From contig DASXXX010000047.1 in assembly GCA_036502765.1 (NCBI GenBank), positions 1 through 62,586 on the forward strand: 62,586 nt of DNA, in the 5' to 3' direction. Below the pieces are notes generated by a model. The model made no database searches. It had not been told where the DNA came from and was given only the letters and a program-made list of their open reading frames with translations. This document shows positions 42,275 through 50,207 of this stretch, in pieces. Every line of letters starts with the position of its first letter. Positions within the stretch are counted from its first letter, which is position 1. Source of the stretch: Acidimicrobiia bacterium (GTDB lineage Bacteria > Actinomycetota > Acidimicrobiia > IMCC26256 > DASPTH01). The position numbers were made by a program, and so were the translations under genes.

Positions 42275-43462
42275 GTGATGAAGAAGACCGGTGTTCGTGG
42301 CGTCGTCGTGGCGGCGATCGTGTGTGTCGTCGCGGCTGCTTTGCCCGTCGCGGCGGGCGCGGCGACCAGCGTGAAGTGCTCGGCGAGTCAGGTCGACATC
42401 GGCGGTACGTGCACGAGCAAGGCCGAGGTGTCGAAGCAGATCGTCTCGATCACCCAAGGGGTGATGGAGAAAGAAGACGCCAAGGGTGTGGTCCTGCGCG
42501 TCGACGTCGGCAACGACACGGTCGTCAACACGGGTCTCGGGATCTCCCAGATCGGGTCACCGGTGACGCCGGACATGAAGTGGCGTCCGGGGTCGATGGC
42601 GATCCCGATGCTCACCAGCATCGAGCTGCAGCTGCAGGAAGAGGGCAAGCTCAGCCTCGACGACACGCTCTCGAAGTGGTACCCCGACTACCCCAACGCC
42701 GACAAGGTGACGTTGCGGATGATGTCGAGTGTCACCTCCGGCTACCCCGACTTCATCCAGGACAACCCGCCGTTCCAGGCCGCGCAGCTCGCGGAGCCGT
42801 TCCGCCAGTGGACCGACGACGAGCTGCTGCAGTACGCGTTCGCGTTGCCGGTCGTCTGCGACCCGGGCGCGTGCTTCCACTACGCGCACACCAACTTCAT
42901 CCTGCTCGGCAACGTGATCCAGAAGGTCACCGGGAAGTCGGTGACCCAGCTGATCCAACAGAAGTTCCTCGGCCCGCTCGGGATGACCCAGACGAAGATC
43001 ACGAAGCTTCCCGCCATCCCGGAGCCGGCGCTGCACGCCTACACCGACGAGCGCGGCGTCTACGAGGAGTCGACGGGATGGAGCCCGTCGTGGGGCCTCG
43101 GCGACGGGCTCATCATGACGTCCACCGCGCGCGACATGACCACCCTCATCAAGGCGATCGGCACCGGCAAGTTCCTGTCGCAGAAGTCGGTGAGCGAGCA
43201 GTTCGAGAATTTGTCGAAGGGCCTGGAGGGTGCACCGAACCCGATCGGCTACGGGCTCGGGATCGCCGTCGCCGGCACGGACTGGGTCCTCCAGAACCCG
43301 GTCTTCAACGGATACGCCGGGATCGCCGCCTACGAGCGGGCGCAGAAGATCTCGATCGTGATCGACAACACCCACGGCCCGAACGCAGCGGCGGGCACGA
43401 GCATCGCGACCGAGATCTACAAGGCGCTCGCCGCCTACCTGGCGCCGAACGATCCGATCTAG
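42275..43462 (+). CDS. secreted beta-lactamase-fold protein lacking the SxxK lysine (probable pseudo-enzyme)
   Basis: Signal peptide MMKKTGVRGVVVAAIVCVVAAALPVAAGA. The active-site position reads RPGSMAIPMLTS (S-M-A-I instead of S-x-x-K). The YxN position reads YAH. GC is lower than neighbouring genes. Confidence 0.7.
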   Translation: MMKKTGVRGVVVAAIVCVVAAALPVAAGAATSVKCSASQVDIGGTCTSKAEVSKQIVSITQGVMEKEDAKGVVLRVDVGNDTVVNTGLGISQIGSPVTPDMKWRPGSMAIPMLTSIELQLQEEGKLSLDDTLSKWYPDYPNADKVTLRMMSSVTSGYPDFIQDNPPFQAAQLAEPFRQWTDDELLQYAFALPVVCDPGACFHYAHTNFILLGNVIQKVTGKSVTQLIQQKFLGPLGMTQTKITKLPAIPEPALHAYTDERGVYEESTGWSPSWGLGDGLIMTSTARDMTTLIKAIGTGKFLSQKSVSEQFENLSKGLEGAPNPIGYGLGIAVAGTDWVLQNPVFNGYAGIAAYERAQKISIVIDNTHGPNAAAGTSIATEIYKALAAYLAPNDPI

Positions 43463-43466
43463 CCGG

Positions 43467-43859
43467 TCAGGCGAACTGGTACAGCGCGGCGCAGTTGGTG
43501 CCGGTGACCTTGCTCCGGTCGTCGGGCGTGAGCGCGGCCAGCGTGTCGTCGATCACGCGACGGGAGTGCGGGAACGTGCTGTCGGTGTGCGGAGAGTCGG
43601 ACGCCCACATGCACCGGTCGGCCCCGAGCACCGGGATCTGCTCGGGCAAGGCCTCCTCCTCGAAGGTGGCGTAGACCTGGCGCCGGAAAGCTCACTGGGT
43701 GAGATGGCGGGCGCGTACTCCAGGCCGTCCTTGAGTGCGTTCGACGGCGAGGTGGTCCGCAGCGTCGTGCTTCCCCACTGAGGACCCGACGATCGATGTG
43801 GATGGCAGTTCCTGCAGGCGGGTATACCACCGTGACCGGGACGACCGAGGAGTGCATCC
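43467..43859 (-). pseudogene. amidohydrolase-2 family remnant (5'-truncated, frameshifted)
   Basis: The 60-aa ORF MPEQIPVLGADRCMWASDSPHTDSTFP...TGTNCAALYQF aligns by eye with the C-terminus of the intact paralogue at 17297..18511 (NIAFETDYPHQDGTWP...RGNAIRLLDL). Upstream AFRRQVYATFEEE is cut by TGA, and ISPSE continues in another frame. Confidence 0.55.
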
Positions 43860-43997
43860 ATGGTGAGCTTGAAGGATCACCGCTGCGGCGCGGGCGTCGC
43901 GGTCTCTGACATGCGACGGGCGCGTCGGTTCTACGAGGGGGTGCTCGGGCTCGTGCCCGGCGCCGACATCCTCTCGCTCGCGCAGCCCCCGACATGA
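43860..43997 (+). pseudogene. 45-codon VOC/glyoxalase N-terminal fragment
   Basis: MVSLKDHRCGAGVAVSDMRRARRFYEGVLGLVPGAD... then stop. Its TGA overlaps the ATG 43994 of the complete VOC gene. Confidence 0.4.
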
Positions 43998-44410
43998 CCA
44001 TTGCCACCGCACTCGCGCGCGCCGACGTCGCGACGCGGCTCCCGGCGCAGGATCTCGACCGCGCGCGCCGCTGGTATTCGGACAAGCTCGGACTGGATCC
44101 CGTCGAAGAGCGCCCGGGCGGACTGCGGTACCGGTGCGGCACGACCTACTTCGTCGTGTTCCAGTCGACGGGGCGCGCGTCGGGAACGTCGACGCAGATG
44201 GGGTGGGAGGTCGACGACATCGACGCTGTCGTCGGCGACCTGAAGGCCCGCGGCGTCGAGTTCGATGCTGTCGATGCACCCGGCATGAAGACCGTCGACG
44301 GCATCGCCGACATCGACGGGAACTATCCGTCGAAGGGTCGCGGTGAGCGCGGCGCCTGGTTCCACGACTGCGAGGGGAACCTCTTCGGGATCGGCCAGGT
44401 GATCACATGA
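43994..44410 (+). CDS. VOC/glyoxalase-family protein
   Basis: 138 aa. LPAQDLDRARRWYSDKLGL ... AWFHDCEGNLFGI. Confidence 0.75.
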   Translation: MTIATALARADVATRLPAQDLDRARRWYSDKLGLDPVEERPGGLRYRCGTTYFVVFQSTGRASGTSTQMGWEVDDIDAVVGDLKARGVEFDAVDAPGMKTVDGIADIDGNYPSKGRGERGAWFHDCEGNLFGIGQVIT

Positions 44411-44442
44411 CGAGCTGCCGCACCCTGTCGTTCATCGTTCTT

Positions 44443-45072
44443 TCACCGCTCCCGCACGGTGTAGGTCAGATGCGTGGCCCTCGGGGAAGGATCCGCGCGC
44501 CCTTGCTCCAGGGCCACGCGACCGGCGTCCACGCCCTCGAACAGGCGGATCCCGGAGCCGAACAGCACGGGTGACAGCGCGATCGAGAACTCGTCGATCA
44601 GGCCCGCGTTCACGTGCTCGAGGATCGTTGCGCCGCCGCCCGCGATGCGGACGTCCCGGTCGCCGGCAGCCTCGCGAGCCTGGTCGAGCGCGGTCTCGAT
44701 GCCGTCGTTGACGAAGTGGAAGATGGTCCCGCCCAGTCGCTCCCACGGGTCACGCTGCTCGTGCGTCACGACGAAGACCGGCGTGTGGAACGGTGCCTCC
44801 TCCGGCCACGCCTGCTCGCCGGCTTCGAACATGCGCTTGCCCATCACGCTCGCGCCTGTGCGTTCGAACGTCTCCCGCGCGATGTCGTTGTCGAGTCCTT
44901 CCTCGCCGCCCTCGCCGAGCTTCAGGTTCTCCCGGAAGAATCGCTGCGGGAACGCCCACGCCTGCAACTCCATCCACTGCTGACCCATCAACTCCTCGGG
45001 AGCCTCGGGAGCCTCGGGCGCGATGTAGCCGTCCAGCGACATCGACACGCTGAAGAACACGTTGCCGGCCAT
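44443..45072 (-). CDS. dihydrofolate-reductase-like (RibD C-terminal domain) protein
   Basis: FFSVSMSLDGYIA, VMGKRMFE, RIAGGGATI. Confidence 0.75.
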   Translation of the reverse strand: MAGNVFFSVSMSLDGYIAPEAPEAPEELMGQQWMELQAWAFPQRFFRENLKLGEGGEEGLDNDIARETFERTGASVMGKRMFEAGEQAWPEEAPFHTPVFVVTHEQRDPWERLGGTIFHFVNDGIETALDQAREAAGDRDVRIAGGGATILEHVNAGLIDEFSIALSPVLFGSGIRLFEGVDAGRVALEQGRADPSPRATHLTYTVRER

Positions 45073-45578
45073 CAGTCCTCTCCTTCCTTGGGGAACATCT
45101 CGGTGACGTAAGCAGCCAGGTTGTCCAGGGTCTGCTGGCCACCCTCGATCGCGTGATACCGCTCGACCGCCTCGTCGCGCAGCTCCTTCGTGGGGAACAC
45201 CGTGCGCATCTCGATCCGGGTGCCCGCGCCGTCGGGCGTGAACGTCAGGACCGACTCGAAGGCGTTCGGGTCGCCGCGGGACTCACCGTGGAGCAACGCG
45301 ATCCGCTCCGGCGGTGCGATCTCGGTGTACGAGATCCACTCCTGGTAGTCGGTCCGGTCCGGTCCGTGCATCACGAACTCCCACTCCCCGCCCACGCGGA
45401 AGTCGAACGCCCGCGTGGTGGTGGTGAACCCCTCCGGTCCCCACCACCGCGACAGGTGCCGCTCTTCGGTGAACGCCTCGAACACCAGCTCCCGTGAGGC
45501 GCTGACCACTCGCGAGATCACGATCTCGCGGTCGGCCGTCGCGGACCGCACGGCTGCGTCCCGTCCTGTGGCTGCCAT
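45072..45578 (-). CDS. SRPBCC / AHSA1-domain protein
   Basis: ISRVVSASRELVFEAFTEERHLSRWWGPEGF... Confidence 0.8.
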   Translation of the reverse strand: MAATGRDAAVRSATADREIVISRVVSASRELVFEAFTEERHLSRWWGPEGFTTTTRAFDFRVGGEWEFVMHGPDRTDYQEWISYTEIAPPERIALLHGESRGDPNAFESVLTFTPDGAGTRIEMRTVFPTKELRDEAVERYHAIEGGQQTLDNLAAYVTEMFPKEGED

Positions 45579-45581
45579 CGA

Positions 45582-45935
45582 TCACTCCTGCTTTCTTGCC
45601 TGTTCGAGGTCCTGTACGTACGCGTCCAGCCGATCGAAGCTCTCGTTCCAGAACCGCTCGAACCCGCCGGTCCACTCGTGGACCGGTTGCAGCCCGCGGG
45701 CGTCGAGGCCGTACAGACGCTGCTTGCCCGCCTTGCGATCCCGCACCAGCCCGACCTCCCGGAGCACCCGCAGGTGCTTGGACGCCCCCGGCTGGGTCAT
45801 CCCCAACTCGTGAGCGAGCTCGGTCACCGGCCGCTCACCCGCCCGCAGCAACACCAGGATCTCCCGACGCTGGGGCTCGGCGATCGCGTTGAAGACGTCC
45901 GACGTCGTCGCGGCCCGTGCCATGGTCGAGATCAT
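45582..45935 (-). CDS. ArsR/SmtB-family transcriptional regulator
   Basis: FNAIAEPQRREILVLLRAGERPVTELAHELGMTQPGASKHLRVLREVGLV. ATG 45923 (MARAATT) is a likely alternative start. Confidence 0.85.
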   Translation of the reverse strand: MISTMARAATTSDVFNAIAEPQRREILVLLRAGERPVTELAHELGMTQPGASKHLRVLREVGLVRDRKAGKQRLYGLDARGLQPVHEWTGGFERFWNESFDRLDAYVQDLEQARKQE

Positions 45936-45953
45936 ATACCGATATGGGCATAT
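45934..45953. promoter_or_regulatory. candidate ArsR operator (AT-rich imperfect palindrome)
   Basis: ATATACCGATATGGGCATAT is self-complementary at 16/20 positions. It sits at the 5' end of the ArsR operon and is strikingly AT-rich for this genome. Confidence 0.45.
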
Positions 45954-46067
45954 GTCAACGGACAGAACCAGGCGATGCGAGCGCCGAACGCTTCCTGGCG
46001 CTCACACGCCACGCGGCGTACCTTCACCGCTCCAGAGCGATTCGGATCTTGTCGAGGAGAGATCACC

Positions 46068-46469
46068 ATGGTGCTCGCAGACGACTTCGGTTCCGGCCAG
46101 GTCTTCGTCGATCTGCTCATGTTCTTCGTGTTCGTGATCTGGATCTGGCTCCTGATCGTGGTGTTCAGCGACCTGTTCCGGAGCCACGATCTCAGTGGCT
46201 GGGCGAAGGCGGCCTGGGTGATCGGCATCGTCATCCTCCCCTACGTCGGTGTGCTCGTGTACCTGATCGCGCGCGGCCACAAGATGGCCGAGCACGCCCA
46301 GCAGGCCGCCGCCGCGCAGGACGCCGCGGCCAAGACCTACATCCAGCAAGCAGTTGGCACTGCGCCGAGCGCGGCGGACGAGATCCAGCGGCTCGTCGCG
46401 CTCAAGGCGCAGGGCGTGATCAATGACCAGGAGTTCGAGATCGGGAAGGCGAAAGCGCTCGCGCCGTAG
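46068..46469 (+). CDS. small membrane protein, PLDc_N-like N-terminal domain + C-terminal SHOCT domain
   Basis: ATG 46068 with GAGGAGAG upstream. WIWLLIVVFSDLF...WVIGIVILPYVGVLVYLIARG, then IQRLVALKAQGVINDQEFEIGKAKAL. Confidence 0.7.
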   Translation: MVLADDFGSGQVFVDLLMFFVFVIWIWLLIVVFSDLFRSHDLSGWAKAAWVIGIVILPYVGVLVYLIARGHKMAEHAQQAAAAQDAAAKTYIQQAVGTAPSAADEIQRLVALKAQGVINDQEFEIGKAKALAP

Positions 46470-46650
46470 CTCTGCGGATCGCGCGCATCTCTGCCCAGAA
46501 CGCCGCGGTCATCCTGGTTCCCCCGAGAACGTCTCCCCTGACGTTGCCCATGCCCGCGGGGCGCGCCGATCGACGTACAACGACTTTCGGCTCCGCTCGG
46601 CTGCGCGGCTCTCGTGGCAACGGCGCTACGCAGCCGTCAGTTCGGGATGA

Positions 46651-47424
46651 CTACGGCGCGACGTGTTCCAGGAAACCGTCGGTCGCGAGGGTCTGATCTC
46701 CCTCGATGACGAAGCCGTCGTAATCCGGGTGTCGGTGTCGCAGCCAGTGCAGCCCGTCCATCCCCTTGACGAAGACGGTGGTGGCGAACGCGTCGGCAAA
46801 GGTGAGACTCGGTCCGACGACGGTGGCGCTCGCGATCGCGGTCGCCGCTTCACCGGTGGCGGGGTCGGTGATGTGGCCCGGTCGTTCGTATGCCGCCGAA
46901 GTCGCGACCGCGAAGCTGCCCGAGAGCTCGATGACGGTCGCGAACGATCGGGGCGAGGTGGGATGGCGCACACCGATTCGCCACGGGACACCGGACCGGG
47001 TGCCGCGAACGACGACGTCGCCGCCCGCGTTGATGCAGGAGTTCGCGCAGTCATGGGCGTCGAGGATCGCGGCGGCGCGCTCGACCGACCATCCCTTCAC
47101 GATTCCGGAGGGGTCGAAGGAGCTGCCGTTCGGTGCGGGCACTGCCCACGGGTCGAAGGCGCCGTCGCTCTCGAGCCGGAGCTCGTCGCAGAGGTCGAGG
47201 ACCTGGTTGATCTCGGGCGTGAGCTCCGCGCGGGTGAGCTGACCGAGACCGTACCGAGAGATCGGGCTCTCGAGTCGATAGGTGCTGTAGGTGGCGTCGA
47301 CGTGGTGGAACCAGCGGACGATCTCGTCGACGACCTCCTGTTCCACCGGGTCCTCGAGATCGATCGAGATCGCCGTGCCCATGACCTGCTCGACGTGATG
47401 GCGGGGGCATCGTCCCGGCGTCAT
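46651..47424 (-). CDS. apbE: FAD:protein FMN transferase (ApbE family)
   Basis: MGTAISI, FDPSGIVKGW, INAGGD, TSAAYER motifs. Confidence 0.8.
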   Translation of the reverse strand: MTPGRCPRHHVEQVMGTAISIDLEDPVEQEVVDEIVRWFHHVDATYSTYRLESPISRYGLGQLTRAELTPEINQVLDLCDELRLESDGAFDPWAVPAPNGSSFDPSGIVKGWSVERAAAILDAHDCANSCINAGGDVVVRGTRSGVPWRIGVRHPTSPRSFATVIELSGSFAVATSAAYERPGHITDPATGEAATAIASATVVGPSLTFADAFATTVFVKGMDGLHWLRHRHPDYDGFVIEGDQTLATDGFLEHVAP

Positions 47425-48146
47425 GTCGACGCGGTGACCGCGCGGGCTTTGTCGATGGCGGATTGCAGCGAGTGCTGGTAGCTCGTGCTCGTGTAGGTCG
47501 CGCCGCTGACGGAGTTGACCTTGGCGCTCTGTGCGCGGAGCGTTCCCGCGATCAGTCGCGGAATGGCGTCACTGTTGATGCGGACGCTCTTCCCGTCGCG
47601 GTCGGGGTACTGGACCATGGCGACGTTCGTGATCTGGCCGTTGGCCACGACGATCTGCGCCTGCACGTTGCCGTACTTGTTGGTGGACGCGGATCCGGTG
47701 AAGGTGCCGTCGCCCAGGCCGTTCGACGTGGGCGGCACGGCGGTCCCGGCAGCGGTGGAACTGCTGGAGCTGGTGGAACTGCTGGAACTCGTGCCCCCGG
47801 CGTTCGGAATCGATGTGCCGCTCGTGCCGCTGGGCACCGTGGCGAGCGGGATCGACGAGCTCCCCGAGGACGCATTGGAGTGTTCCAGGAACGCGCCGAG
47901 TCCGAGGGTCGAGACCACGCTCAGCGCGAGCGCGGCGAGGCGGCTGCCCCTCGCAGGGTGACGGCGCGCGCGTCGGTCACCGGGGCGGCGTCGCGGCGGT
48001 GGCGCCGGCGTCGCGGCGGTGCCCGGTGAAGGCGCGCCGAGTGCCCGTCGACGTTCGGCCGATCTCCTGGTCAGCATCGCGAGCCGGTCGTCGGCCGGGT
48101 TCTCCGCCGCGCCCGAGGGGAACGGATGCTCTGCGAAATCGCTCAT
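47421..48146 (-). CDS. membrane-anchored FMN-binding-domain protein (flavinylation substrate)
   Basis: ATG 48146. TM anchor, Ser-rich linker, FMN_bind-like domain with the SVSGATYTS flavinylation-type motif. Stop overlaps the apbE start. Confidence 0.7.
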   Translation of the reverse strand: MSDFAEHPFPSGAAENPADDRLAMLTRRSAERRRALGAPSPGTAATPAPPPRRRPGDRRARRHPARGSRLAALALSVVSTLGLGAFLEHSNASSGSSSIPLATVPSGTSGTSIPNAGGTSSSSSTSSSSSTAAGTAVPPTSNGLGDGTFTGSASTNKYGNVQAQIVVANGQITNVAMVQYPDRDGKSVRINSDAIPRLIAGTLRAQSAKVNSVSGATYTSTSYQHSLQSAIDKARAVTAST

Positions 48147-48769
48147 CGGCTGCCTCCTCGACGTGCTGGTGCAACTGCCCGTCGCCGGGGCCCCGGCCGA
48201 TCGGCCGCGATCGGCTGCAGCTCTCGGAGCTCCTGGCCCCGCCGCCGCCGGTAGATGCCGGTGAGCCGAAGACCGATGGGATACATGGCGACGGCGACGA
48301 GCACGAGGGTCAACATCGTGTACCAGGGCGCCCGCGCGTCGGTCCCGAGGAGATACGCATGGATTCCCGTCACGATCGCGACCGGGAAGGCGACCAGGTG
48401 GACGACGTGCCACGCCTTCCGGGGGAGCAACCGCTTCGGCCAGGTCGTGAAGACCGAGATGAGCATCCCGTACATCGCGAGGACCCCCAGGGTGAAGGCC
48501 GTCGTAGAGGTCGCCGACGCGTTCGGCACGAAGATCTGCGCGATGCCCACACCGAGGTCGGACCCGAACGCCGTGAGAACGTGAAGTCCGGTGAAGATGA
48601 GCGCGTACCCACCCAGGCCGCGATGGAGGTCGAGCCACCACGCGGGACGCAGACGCTGCTTCCCTGCCTCGCGGCCCGAGAAGACGAGCCCGTCAGCGAT
48701 GGCAGCAACGATCAGGACCATCGCGACGATCCCCGAAGCCCGGGTGAGGAACCACAGAGTGCTCTGCAC
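48143..48769 (-). CDS. ferric-reductase-like transmembrane (MsrQ/YedZ-like) haem protein
   Basis: 208 aa with six hydrophobic segments and conserved His (LHRGLG, HVVHLVAF, GIHAY). Stop overlaps the next start (ATGA). Confidence 0.7.
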   Translation of the reverse strand: MQSTLWFLTRASGIVAMVLIVAAIADGLVFSGREAGKQRLRPAWWLDLHRGLGGYALIFTGLHVLTAFGSDLGVGIAQIFVPNASATSTTAFTLGVLAMYGMLISVFTTWPKRLLPRKAWHVVHLVAFPVAIVTGIHAYLLGTDARAPWYTMLTLVLVAVAMYPIGLRLTGIYRRRRGQELRELQPIAADRPGPRRRAVAPARRGGSR

Positions 48770-48933
48770 GAGAAAATGGTGTCGGACGTCAGTAAGAACG
48801 GTGTAAGAGGCGGGTTCTCGTCAGTACGCAGAGCCAGCAGCCGGTGACGAAGCGATCGCGCTGAACGTCGTCGCAGCCGTCGCGCTCGTCAGCGGTGAGC
48901 GCGAGCACCGTGGGACGGTTCATCGGTGGTGGG

Positions 48934-49407
48934 TCACGAGGTCGGCCGACTGCGCGTGAAGAGCACCCGGTCGAGGAGCACGAACTGCAAGATCCAGAGC
49001 AGGCCGAAGCCGCCGAAATGCCCGACCAGGACGGCGCCCGTGCGGAGCATGGGCGTCAGCTGCATGTGCGCCGTCCAGGAAGCGGCGATGGCGACCGTGA
49101 CCGTCGAGAGGGCGAGACCGCAGAATGCAAGGAGCCAGAAGGGGAAGATCTCCCGCCAGAAGTCGCTGCGGTCCCGCCGCGCCCACGTCCACCGACGGTT
49201 CAGGTGGTACGACGGAACGGTTGCGACGCTCGTCGCCAGGATGTTGGCGACGACGGCGGCGAAGGCAAAGACGTTCGTGGCAACCACGATGACCACGACG
49301 CTGATCGCGGTCGTGACCACCGAGACGCTCATGCAACGCCGAAGCCGACCGACCAGCGTGGGAACTTCAGGCGCAACGCATTCCTGGACATCGAGCGCAG
49401 CAGTCAT
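48934..49407 (-). CDS. GtrA-family membrane protein
   Basis: 157 aa, four TM segments, ...YHLNRRWTW... motif. Confidence 0.75.
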   Translation of the reverse strand: MTAALDVQECVAPEVPTLVGRLRRCMSVSVVTTAISVVVIVVATNVFAFAAVVANILATSVATVPSYHLNRRWTWARRDRSDFWREIFPFWLLAFCGLALSTVTVAIAASWTAHMQLTPMLRTGAVLVGHFGGFGLLWILQFVLLDRVLFTRSRPTS

Positions 49408-50207
49408 GACCGGCCGCCGATCGAGTGCAGCACCACGGCCTCGTCGCGCTCGCGCCGCCGATGTTGGAACGCCCGTCGGGTCACCATCACGAGCGCTTCG
49501 CGGATGATGGCCGACGACATCTTCGATTCGCCGGCGGTGCGGTCACGGAACTCGATCGGCACCTCGACCATCACCGCGCCCTGAACTCGCGCCCGATCGG
49601 TCATGTCGATCTGGAATCCGTAGCCAGTGGTCGTCACGGTTTCGAGGTCGATCGCGCGCAGCAGGCTCGCCCGATAGGCGCGGTAGCCAGACGTCACGTC
49701 GCGGAGCGGAAGCCCCAACAAGGTGCGTGCGTACCAGCCGCCCGCCCGCGACAGGAGACGGCGGCGGGCCGACCAACCGGGCGTGTCCCCGCCCGGGACG
49801 TACCGCGAGCCGACTGCGAGGTCGGCACCGCACTCGATGGCTGCGACCAGCGCGGGGAGATCACTCGGATCGTGGGAGAGGTCGGCGTCCATCTCGACGA
49901 GCACGTCGAAGTCCTCCGACAGTCCGATGCCGAACCCCGCGCGATAGGCCGGTCCGAGCCCACGCGGCCCGGTGCGTCGAAGCACATGAATTCGTCCGAT
50001 CATCAACGCCACGGCCTCCGCCCGCTCCGGGGTGCCGTCCGTGCTGCCGTCGTCGACGACGAGCACGTGCGCGGCCGGAAGCGCGTTGCGGACGCGCCGC
50101 AGCACCTCCTCGATGTTGGCGCTCTCCTGCAAGGTCGGTAGCACGACGAGGGTCCGGAACGTGGCTGGATCGGAGTGCATCTCGCGGAGCTCAGCGGAAG
50201 CGGTCAT
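49404..50207 (-). CDS. ppm1: polyprenol-phosphate mannose synthase-like GT2 glycosyltransferase
   Basis: ATG 50207 with AAGGAGG upstream. VVLPTLQESANI, VVDDGSTDGT, EMDADLSHDP, SRYVPGG. Stop overlaps the gtrA-like start. Confidence 0.8.
   Translation of the reverse strand: MTASAELREMHSDPATFRTLVVLPTLQESANIEEVLRRVRNALPAAHVLVVDDGSTDGTPERAEAVALMIGRIHVLRRTGPRGLGPAYRAGFGIGLSEDFDVLVEMDADLSHDPSDLPALVAAIECGADLAVGSRYVPGGDTPGWSARRRLLSRAGGWYARTLLGLPLRDVTSGYRAYRASLLRAIDLETVTTTGYGFQIDMTDRARVQGAVMVEVPIEFRDRTAGESKMSSAIIREALVMVTRRAFQHRRRERDEAVVLHSIGGRS

Noticed and set aside
42036-42278. 80-aa plus-strand ORF in the long leader as a real small protein
   Set aside because: It has many A/T third positions and a Ser/Gly/Thr low-complexity composition, unlike genuine genes here, and it spans the hairpin. 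I treated it as non-coding leader with a possible regulatory uORF.
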